Positions 11,463 to 19,846 of a DNA stretch of 64,000 nucleotides are shown here, in pieces. This stretch comes from Epithemia pelagica. Lineage: Eukaryota; Protista; Bacillariophyta. The notes beneath the pieces are model-generated. The model saw only the letters and a program-made list of their open reading frames with translations, was not told where the DNA came from and ran no database searches. How positions within the stretch are numbered: the stretch's first letter is position 1; each line of letters opens with the position of its first letter. Location: the NCBI GenBank assembly GCA_946965045.2, contig OX337231.1, positions 3,534,001 through 3,598,000 of the forward strand. The letters run 5' to 3'. Both the position numbers and the translations under genes were made by a program.

Positions 11463-14381
11463 TTAAAATCCTGGTGGTTTGGATTCAAAAAAGGCATTGT
11501 CATCCTTGGCGGGTGGTTTGGGTACAATGGCCAATACCTTGAAACGTTCCCCCATTTCGTCGGCGGAGCAGAGTCGTACCATGGCATTGTAAATGGTATC
11601 AATTTGTTCGGCCGCATCGTGTTCAATTTCTTGTTGCTCTTGCAAGGACGACGACAATTTGTGTTTGGACCTGGCCTGTTTCTCAATGGCCTCGCTCAAT
11701 TGAATGGCCCGTTCTTTGATCCCCATGGACATGAGGAAAATTCCTTGTGCCACGGGACCATAGGCTCGTGCTTCCCCGACAGCGGTAGTCGTTGTGCTGG
11801 TTTCCGACGATTCGGCGTCCGGGGTGGTGGGGGACTCGGTGCCATTCGAACTTGCAGATTCGGCGGCGGCAGCGGCAGCCTGCTGCTCTTGATGACGAAC
11901 ATGGCTGGTATTGACGGCATGTTTGAGTGCAGCAAAGTCGACATCGGCCGTGACATCGACTTGTCCGGGTTTGGATAGGAAATGAACTTGTTCGTGTTGT
12001 CCAAAGGCTCGAATCGAATCCCGACTCCCCTCTTGTCCATAATCCACAATCAAGGCACCACCGCCTTGTCGTCCAATCACTTGCGCCAATTCCTGGACCA
12101 ACAAGACCGCTTCAGGATTGACTTCCACCACACTCCCAATGGGAGCCTCCAACCCCGATTCCACCTCACTGGGTAACAATCCCTCGGGAGTCAATCGCAA
12201 GAGTGTCTTGGTAGCAGGAGTCGCCTCGGGTGATAAGACAATCCGTAACCGTAACTTTTCCTTGAGCAAATCGGATTTCGAAGAAGAAGATGATGATGAT
12301 GCAGAGCCTTCTTTTGTATTGGTGTCGGTCGACGACGAGGCAGAGGACGAAGCTGCTGCTGCTGCTCCTGCTTGCTCTTTGTTTTGTGCTTGATGATTGT
12401 GTTGTTGTTCTTGTTCCAGTTGTTCTTGTCGTTGTTCGTCTTCCAAATCTTGTCGGAGGGCAATATCGACCAATCGTTCTCTCCATCCCTCACGTGTTTT
12501 TTCAAAGGCATAAATGGGCAAGGCATCCAAAAATTCTTGGCAAATGGCAAAGGTGGGCAAATAGGATTGGTGTTGATGTTGCCACACTTGAAAGGACAAG
12601 AAATTGTCGTGCCAATACACGGGAATGGTTTTGACCGTCTCATCATTGTCACCATCTGGTTGGCTGTTGTTGTTGTGGTCGTCGTCTTGGACGAGTTGGG
12701 TTGTGACCGATGTGGCAGTGGTCGACGACGACGACGACGACGACAAGACGGAGGGTGTTTCCAGGGCGGGATGTCCTTGCACCAAACCCAAAGACTCTGG
12801 TTCGTTGTCGGAATTGGTTTGTGGTGGTTGCTGTTTGGATGTGTGCAAGAGTTTGGCTTGATGAAACTCCAATTTCCACGTGGGACCACCCTTGTGGTTG
12901 TCCTTGTGGTTGGCATCGTTCATTTCTTGTCGCAATCGTTCTTGTTGCACGCGTCTTAATTCCGGACTGGTTTCCAACAAATGAATGGCTTGAGGAACGA
13001 CCGTCGATCCGACTTCTTTGCCCGTTTGCAAGGATTTCCAACATCGAATCAAATCCACCAACAGACTCCCCTTGCCTGGTCCGGCTTCGACGTATTGCCA
13101 TCCCTGTTTCCACGATTTCGGGCCACTCGTACGACTGGAAGTATGCGCAAAGGGTCGTTCTTGTTGTTGGGCCGTCAAGGTCATCCAAATGCCCAAGGAT
13201 TCTCCAAACATTTGACTCAATTCGGGAGCCGTAATAAAATCACCACCAATAATGGAGGCTGGATCAAACTGTGACGTCTTGGAGGTGGCGGCCGATGGCT
13301 GGGTCGTCGAGTCGTCATTCTCCTCCAAGTCGTCGACATCGTCTTGATCAAAGGGATCGACGGCCGCACTGATCCCGCGGGTATAATAGCCATATTGCGG
13401 ATGGGACAAGCAGAGGCGCATATAATCGGCGACACTCATGGGTTTGCCGGTTACACCAATCCAGGCGGCCAATTCCTCCCACAATTTGGTGGCCGTTTCA
13501 TAGCCCGTCCAATCTTGTGGTGCACTGGCCATGTGCAAGTCGGGTTGAAACAAATCCTTGTGCGCCCCCGGCAACAAGTACGAGGACGAATCAAAGACGG
13601 CATCCGGTGTCAGGGCGGCTGGATTCGTAGAAGTGGAAGAAGATGAAGATGTTTTGCCGCCCATGGACGATTCGTCGGCCTGTTGTTGTTGTTGTTGTTT
13701 TATTTCTTGCTGATATTGTTGTACCAACACTTGTCGTTGTTGTTCCAATTGCGAGGCGGTAAATTGATGCCAATCTTGATTGGACCGAGCGGCAAAGGAA
13801 GAATCATTCGTATTATTATTATTAGTGTCGGTTGTGGAGGGATGATAGGAAAAGGTTTGAATCAAGGGAGGAATGGGAGTGGAGGAGGACGAGGACGAGG
13901 ACGAAGAGGAGGAGGATGCCGTCGAACTTGTTGTTGTTGTGGTTGTGGTTGTGGCAGATTTGGAAGGTCTCGTTTGGGTGTTTCGGGGATTTTTGTGGTG
14001 TCGTTTGCCACTGCTAAACCATTGACTGCCACCACCACTACAAGCAACCGCCACAACCGACGAGGACGAACCGAGCCATGGCCGAGACAGTGGTTTGGTT
14101 CTTGTAGTATTCGCAGCAGCAGCAGTGGTGGATGCCGTTGTGGTATTAAATGTCCTTGTGGTTGTGGTTTCGTTTGGAATCCGTTCCAGGACGGTCCTTG
14201 TTGCTGGGGAGGCAAACCACAAAGAAGGACGAATCCGAGACAGTCCTGCTGATGGAAGTGTTGTTGTTGCCTGGATGTGCATGCCTCCTTGTCGTTGTTG
14301 CGGCCAACGATTGGACCATGGAGGGCGACGACGAAGACAACGGGAGATCAACCTTGGTTGTGACAGTGCCATTCCACTCAT
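11463..14381 (-). CDS. NDUFAF7: Mitochondrial protein arginine methyltransferase NDUFAF7/MidA homologue with long low-complexity insertions
   Basis: MSVADYMRLCLSHPQYGYY, GDFITAPELSQMFGE, EAGPGKGSL, QEFLDALP, LIVDYG and VDVTADVDFAAL; Arg/Ser-rich N-terminus typical of a mitochondrial presequence. Confidence 0.93.
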   Translation of the reverse strand: MSGMALSQPRLISRCLRRRPPWSNRWPQQRQGGMHIQATTTLPSAGLSRIRPSLWFASPATRTVLERIPNETTTTRTFNTTTASTTAAAANTTRTKPLSRPWLGSSSSVVAVACSGGGSQWFSSGKRHHKNPRNTQTRPSKSATTTTTTTTSSTASSSSSSSSSSSSTPIPPLIQTFSYHPSTTDTNNNNTNDSSFAARSNQDWHQFTASQLEQQRQVLVQQYQQEIKQQQQQQADESSMGGKTSSSSSTSTNPAALTPDAVFDSSSYLLPGAHKDLFQPDLHMASAPQDWTGYETATKLWEELAAWIGVTGKPMSVADYMRLCLSHPQYGYYTRGISAAVDPFDQDDVDDLEENDDSTTQPSAATSKTSQFDPASIIGGDFITAPELSQMFGESLGIWMTLTAQQQERPFAHTSSRTSGPKSWKQGWQYVEAGPGKGSLLVDLIRCWKSLQTGKEVGSTVVPQAIHLLETSPELRRVQQERLRQEMNDANHKDNHKGGPTWKLEFHQAKLLHTSKQQPPQTNSDNEPESLGLVQGHPALETPSVLSSSSSSSTTATSVTTQLVQDDDHNNNSQPDGDNDETVKTIPVYWHDNFLSFQVWQHQHQSYLPTFAICQEFLDALPIYAFEKTREGWRERLVDIALRQDLEDEQRQEQLEQEQQHNHQAQNKEQAGAAAAASSSASSSTDTNTKEGSASSSSSSSKSDLLKEKLRLRIVLSPEATPATKTLLRLTPEGLLPSEVESGLEAPIGSVVEVNPEAVLLVQELAQVIGRQGGGALIVDYGQEGSRDSIRAFGQHEQVHFLSKPGQVDVTADVDFAALKHAVNTSHVRHQEQQAAAAAAESASSNGTESPTTPDAESSETSTTTTAVGEARAYGPVAQGIFLMSMGIKERAIQLSEAIEKQARSKHKLSSSLQEQQEIEHDAAEQIDTIYNAMVRLCSADEMGERFKVLAIVPKPPAKDDNAFFESKPPGF

Positions 14382-14779
14382 TTTTTTATAGTCGGAGATG
14401 GAGATGGAGATGGGATTCTCTATACTCTCAATAAGAAAAGGAAGGATCCAAGATAGAACAGGATGATGACGAAAAAGAGAGAAAAATGAATCTATTGTGG
14501 GTGACGGGTGTGGAATGGATCTTTTCGCTAAGGGCTGGGTAAGGCCGTTCCTATAGCATCGACAAAACCAAACCTGAAGCGTGACACGTCACAAAAAACC
14601 CGGAAATATGACGTCAAATCCGGGTTTTCTGTCATTTCAGGTTTTGCATCGACAAAACCTGAGCGCAGGTTTTGTAATTTTTTTAACCCTCCAAACCAAC
14701 CTTCCAACCTGAAATCGCATTAGGGATAAATTTCTCCGCCTCATTTGTTTCTCGTCCTTTGTGTCATTGTTCCTCGACA

Positions 14780-16390
14780 ATGAACGATTACGACACCGAT
14801 TCATCGAACGAGTCCTCTGTTGACAGACGAACCAAGAGGAGGAGAGTTAAGGAGACACTGCGCTTTTTGGCTGCCGCAGCTGTTGCTTTAGCCTCTACTG
14901 AGGATCCACCATCCGACTCATGCAACTCGACCTCCAAGACTCCTCGTACCAGAGCTCCCAGGTCAGGAAAGTCCCCCAAGTTCTTTGTCAAAGATGCAAC
15001 CGGTAATTTGGTGGAAATGTCCCCGCAGCTGTCACCTTGGTATATGAACTATGTGGAAAACCCAAATTCCCTTGACCCTAAGTTTTTGAAAAAATTCCGT
15101 CGTCGTTTCCGTGTCCCATTTTCTGCGTTCATATCTCTACTGGACATGGTAAAATCGCCGGAAAACCAAAAATATTTTGGACGGTGGTTCGGCGGAACAC
15201 CAAGACAACAAAAAGCTCCCTCCGTTCCTATAGAGCTATTGTGCTTAGGAGCACTCCGATATCTTGGTCGGGGGTGGACATTTGACGATCTAGAAGAAAA
15301 TACAGGAATCGATGAAGAAACGAATAGACAGTTTTTTCACAAGTTTATCGATTGGGGTAGTGAAGTTCTATTTAAGCACTACGTTGAAGTACCGTCCTCG
15401 TCCAATGAAGCCAGATCGACAGAATACGAAGCAGCAGGCATGATTGGGTGCATAGGTTCCATGGATGCGACTCATATTTTGGCGGAGAAAATATTGCATG
15501 ACCTAAAACAGGAACACACTGCCCGCAAACTGCATGGTACCGCAAGGACTTATAACATAGTAACTAACCACCGTCGAAAGATTCTTTGTACCACCAAAGG
15601 GCATCCTGCCAGGTGGAATGACAAGACACTGGTCAAGTATGATGAACTGGCCACGACTCTTCGGTACGGAAAAAATGACAAGCTCGACAACTTCCCTTTC
15701 AAGTTACTGCAGCGAAATTCAGAGGGAGAAGTGATAGAGGTTGAGTACCGAGGTGCATGGTTGCTCGTTGATAATGGGTATCTAAACTGGTCTTGTACCG
15801 TACCTCCCATCAAAATTTCGGACAATTTGCCAGCTTTGGAGTTTTCGGAGTGGGTGGAGTCTTTACGTAAAGATGTTGAGTGTACGTTTGGTATTCTCAA
15901 AGGCAGATGGCGTATACTAAAAGCGGGAGTGCGACTCCACGGAATCAAAGCCGTGGACAAGGTATGGCTAACCTGTTGTGCTCTACATAATCTCCTATTG
16001 GAAAATGATGGTAGGTTAGAGACCGACGAATGGTTGACAGAGCTTGGAGATTTTGATGACGAAGACATAGAACAGGCCATTCCTCAGGCAATCACGAATC
16101 GGATTCTACAACATGGTGATATTCGTCGTTTCGATTCGTCCGACATGGGCCGGGGAAATGACTACTGTGAAGATCTTGACGACGACGAGAGTCAAGCTGA
16201 TTCTCCAACAATTGAAATAGAGCAAGAAGTACTTCCAGAGGCTGAAAAGGAGTATCTTGAGAAAGCAAAAGACGACAAAGGTATTATACGGGTTCGTCTG
16301 CTTCCGTTGTCAGTGTTCCGCAATCGACTAATCGAGAACTTTGACATATTGCAAAGTCAGGGAAAAGTGAAATGGCCCGGTATAGACTAA
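14780..16390 (+). CDS. PIF/Harbinger DDE transposase (DDE_Tnp_4-like)
   Basis: GCIGSMDATH, LLVDNGY, RKDVECTFGILKGRWRIL and CCALHN motifs; uninterrupted 537 codons. Confidence 0.95.
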   Translation: MNDYDTDSSNESSVDRRTKRRRVKETLRFLAAAAVALASTEDPPSDSCNSTSKTPRTRAPRSGKSPKFFVKDATGNLVEMSPQLSPWYMNYVENPNSLDPKFLKKFRRRFRVPFSAFISLLDMVKSPENQKYFGRWFGGTPRQQKAPSVPIELLCLGALRYLGRGWTFDDLEENTGIDEETNRQFFHKFIDWGSEVLFKHYVEVPSSSNEARSTEYEAAGMIGCIGSMDATHILAEKILHDLKQEHTARKLHGTARTYNIVTNHRRKILCTTKGHPARWNDKTLVKYDELATTLRYGKNDKLDNFPFKLLQRNSEGEVIEVEYRGAWLLVDNGYLNWSCTVPPIKISDNLPALEFSEWVESLRKDVECTFGILKGRWRILKAGVRLHGIKAVDKVWLTCCALHNLLLENDGRLETDEWLTELGDFDDEDIEQAIPQAITNRILQHGDIRRFDSSDMGRGNDYCEDLDDDESQADSPTIEIEQEVLPEAEKEYLEKAKDDKGIIRVRLLPLSVFRNRLIENFDILQSQGKVKWPGID

Positions 16391-16596
16391 CCAATGTTCT
16401 TATAAGATTAATCACCAACTTCTCTTTTGTTATCATTCTCTTTCACGGCATTCCCTTGAACCGACTATTTTTTTTTGGATTCTCGTTTCTCGTTTGTTAA
16501 AAATATTCTTTTCGTATCATTCTCTTTCACGGCATTCTCTTTCATTGATAGTATATTTTTTGGGATTCTCGTTTGTTAAAAGTATTCTTTTGGATT

Positions 16597-17316
16597 TCAG
16601 ATTTCTGTGTTTCCACCTTCGGAGATACGACGCGGTACGATTTCAGAATTGACTGACTTGGTTGATGTGTCAATTGTAACAATTGTCTTGGGTACGCTTG
16701 CTTTCGGAGTCTCGAGGGCATGTTCATTCGCCAAATTTGAATCCACCAACTTCACGACTTTCTTGGCCCTCTCAATAATGGGCTGACCCGACTGCCGCTT
16801 ACTTGCCTCCTGTTTCTCAATTAGTGCATCGATTGCTTGCCGCAGCATCTCTGATTCATCCCATTTCTGATCATGTTCGGAAACAAGTTCAGAGCAGTCG
16901 AATCCACTTTTCATCCTGAGATCAATCTTCCATTCCAAACGTTTGAAGCTCTGCTGGAGGTTCTTGTAGCGTTTCTGCATGTTCTCAAGCTTGGAAATAT
17001 CGCTGTCAATTTCCTTGTCGTCCGCCAATAGGTCGACTATGGAAGCTATGAGACGGTTCCTGGTCTGGTCCTGCACAGAGTCCTGTTGTCCACCGTGGCT
17101 CAAGTTATCACGACATTCACGTTCACGGGCCTTGGACGAAGCAGCATCTTTTCTCGCGGCAGCCTGGGAGTGTTTGTGCTTTTCCAAGGTTCCATAGTCC
17201 TTGTCCATAATCAAAGGCAATGAGTTCTTCACGTGTTCTGTGGCGATTCCGTTTTTAGTGAACAGACAAACTGCAAACCAACCAGCAGCTGGAATGGCCT
17301 TGTATGTCCATTTCAT
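16597..17316 (-). CDS. Harbinger accessory gene, C-terminal part (coiled-coil); probably the same gene as 17313-18014, shifted by one base
   Basis: 239-aa ORF in the -1 frame relative to the upstream ORF; one extra A in the A9 run fuses the two. Confidence 0.55.
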   Translation of the reverse strand: MKWTYKAIPAAGWFAVCLFTKNGIATEHVKNSLPLIMDKDYGTLEKHKHSQAAARKDAASSKARERECRDNLSHGGQQDSVQDQTRNRLIASIVDLLADDKEIDSDISKLENMQKRYKNLQQSFKRLEWKIDLRMKSGFDCSELVSEHDQKWDESEMLRQAIDALIEKQEASKRQSGQPIIERAKKVVKLVDSNLANEHALETPKASVPKTIVTIDTSTKSVNSEIVPRRISEGGNTEI

Positions 17317-18014
17317 TTTGATTTGTTTCTCGGCCTTTTTTTTTCAGCCTCGACTCCCTGAGTGAGAGTCTCCACGGGAGGTGTTACATCATCGTCCGAA
17401 GGAGTTTCCACAAAAATACCCTTTGCCTTGCTTTCTAGTACCTTGACCGCCAATTCAGCAAAAAAATCATCGTCGGTTTTGCCCGAAGGCATTTCACCGT
17501 TGGCATTGAGAATCTGCGTGGTGACGAGCGGTAACATCGTCTTCAAGTTGGCAGAGACAGTCATGGCGCTACGAAACAGCGTGCGTGAAGCAATAAGCTT
17601 CCTGTTTCCTTTCTTGGCTTGATGGACTGATGCAACCTCCAAATGTTCCAATCTAATGTGCGCCGTAGGCCCTGTTCCGACAAACACTGGTTTGTCTTCA
17701 CCAGGCAGTAACCTGGGGTTGATTTGGAATGTCACATGGGAGTTTGGGCTGTCTGTCAAACGGGCATTTTTGTCCTTCTTACATTCAACAAAAAGATGGC
17801 GGAAAACGCTGCAACCGAGCACACATTGACAAGCAAAACCCACTTTTTTGGGATCTTTCGTGAGACCATGGTACAAGTTAAACATAAGTTCCTTCCTTTC
17901 TGTCCTCGTCATGGTACCTTGTGTGTTCACATGGTTTAGAATTACCCATGAGATGACGGATTGGACCTCCTTGACAAGATAGGCCTTAGGAGTATAGTCA
18001 GCACTGGCAGCCAT
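17313..18014 (-). CDS. Harbinger accessory gene, N-terminal part
   Basis: ORF from ACAATGGCT (MAASADYTPK...), inside the TIRs and convergent with the transposase. It ends just after an A9 run and overlaps the next ORF (ATGA). Confidence 0.6.
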   Translation of the reverse strand: MAASADYTPKAYLVKEVQSVISWVILNHVNTQGTMTRTERKELMFNLYHGLTKDPKKVGFACQCVLGCSVFRHLFVECKKDKNARLTDSPNSHVTFQINPRLLPGEDKPVFVGTGPTAHIRLEHLEVASVHQAKKGNRKLIASRTLFRSAMTVSANLKTMLPLVTTQILNANGEMPSGKTDDDFFAELAVKVLESKAKGIFVETPSDDDVTPPVETLTQGVEAEKKRPRNKSK

Positions 18015-19780
18015 TGTTCTTGTCGAATTGTTGAAACTAACGGGCAACAGCGACGTGTGAAACCTAAAAAGTGAGGAACGACATAACGGCCAACGCGTTC
18101 TTAAAATTAGTATTGAATAATTCAAAGTAAAGCGAGGGCGTTTTGGGGGTCGGGGGGGGATCGGCTTCGAAAAAGCGCGGAATCGGGTTTTGGTTTTGCC
18201 GGTGCTATAGGACGGCGAAACGCGCCAAAACTGAATTTAGTGATGACGTCACGCTTCAGGTTTGGTTTTGTCAATGCTATAGGAATGGCCTAAGCCGATC
18301 CATGTTCGGCTAGGTAGGCTCAGTACAAAACCTACGTAGAGTACATAAAATCACATAGTACACGTCACGCCGGAAATTGTCGGAATTTCAAAAAAATGCA
18401 AAAACGCTCGACAATGATGGCGAGATCCGGTGACGCCGTATGCATTCACCCATGCATCGCATAAACATCCAACCACCGTAAGTCCTTTGCCTTTACCTTT
18501 GAAATTGTTGTCTGAAATTACAGAAGATTTGCCAAGTTGGCTGAAAAGGTACGCTCATTTTTCTGCAGTGATGAAATCGAACGACCGCCCTAACTCATTC
18601 ATTTTTCAAGGGTGCCTGAATCAAAGTGAAAGCAAAGTTGCTCTAGTAGTAAAGATTCTTATTGTAAAAGTGATTCAGGCAGGCTCAATTGTTCAGGAAG
18701 TTATGGCCATGGGGGTGATGACTTCCACCATTGTCGAATGATGGCTTCCGGATTGCACCTTTTCTATCGGTGGCAAGTTTACGACGTGCGACTCGGTGTG
18801 ACCATCCGCCCCACTTCTTACACAGACGAAAATAGTACTACGTAGGTTAATGTACTGAGCCTACTTAGCCGAACATGGATCGGCTTACCCAGCCCTTACA
18901 ATAGAGAATGTATCCGTGCTTCTGTCTGGCAGTCTGTCGGCGGAATCGACGTGCGTCTGTCTGTCGCATGGAGCCATTTGCTATCATCTCTATCCCGACT
19001 CTCTTTTCGAAGTGCAACGGCATATTTCCTCTCGACTCCTAGTAGAGGAAAAGGAGCATATAGTTGAACGAAACAGTCAACACATTCGCAGTGTTGCGGC
19101 ATATTCTTCTCTATGGATGGGCTGTGGTTTCGGTGCTAGACCCACTGGGTCGTCGGGTTTGACATTGACGGTGCTACCTAGTACACCTTGGTCGTTCCAA
19201 ACAAGACTACACGACGCTCGTCTCGGAACCAGCCTTGACAAACGAGAGACCACAATGTGCCTACCACCACCAAGAATCTTCTTCTTCTTCGAATACTAGG
19301 TGGAACGGAGTGTGTTGACTGGTTTGCGTCACTCACAGGGACAGAGTGTCGGTACACGGCGGGTCCCCACCACCATCAACAACAACAACAACAAGATTTC
19401 GAGACAGCACACACTACTCTTGTTTGTGACGTGTGTTGTGTGTATAGGCTCTGGGTGGAGGATGAAACTTGCAGCACACAAGGAAACGAGACGGTCCATC
19501 CAGGACGGTCCAGTTTCGGACAAGGTTCCAACAACCAATACTCCTAATTGCCCGGACATGCTCCAAGCAACAATAACAATAACAATAACAACAACAAGTG
19601 ACGGTTTGAGCCAACCGCAACCAATGTCTTTCTCTTTCTCGGGATGAAAAAGAAAAACGTTGCATGTTTGGTCATTCTTGCTGCTGCAAAACTCATGGTC
19701 CACTCGGTAAATTGTGGTTCGGTTGCGGCGGGATGCGGTTATTGAGTGTGGCTGGTTGGCCTTGGTCTTCATGACACACC

Positions 19781-19818
19781 CACACACACACACTCTCTCT
19801 CTCTCTGTGTGTGTGTGT
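19781..19818. repeat. Compound microsatellite (CA)n(CT)n(GT)n forming an inverted repeat
   Basis: CACACACACACAC TCTCTCTCTCTCT GTGTGTGTGTGT read directly. Confidence 0.9.
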
Positions 19819-19846
19819 TTGAGTCCAAATGGACTTTCCACGCGTT

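Larger units (their letters stand above)
14543..18290 (+). mobile_element. PIF/Harbinger DNA transposon (3748 bp), ~43-bp TIRs, TAA TSD
   Basis: The TIR GGCCGTTCCTATAGCATCGACAAAACCAAACCTGAAGCGTGAC matches the right end with 2 mismatches. TAA sits at 14540-42 and 18291-93. It carries a DDE transposase plus a convergent accessory gene. Confidence 0.95.
14531..18896. mobile_element. Non-autonomous TIR element (~615 bp when empty, TA TSD), interrupted in its left TIR by the Harbinger element
   Basis: Joining 14531-14542 to 18294 onward rebuilds AGGGCTGGGTAAGCCGATCCATGTTCGGCTAGGTAGGCTCAGTACAAAACCTACGTAG. This is the near-perfect reverse complement of 18838-18896. TA flanks both ends (14529-30, 18897-98). 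Confidence 0.88.

Noticed and set aside
11604-14434. Numerous overlapping ORFs within NDUFAF7 (likewise within the MLO, GPCR, 843-aa and coiled-coil genes)
   Set aside because: Expected from GC-balanced, trinucleotide-repeat-rich coding DNA with few antisense stops.
16420-16595. ~85-bp imperfect direct duplication between the two Harbinger genes
   Set aside because: AT-rich 3' UTR or terminator region of convergent genes; no further structure found.
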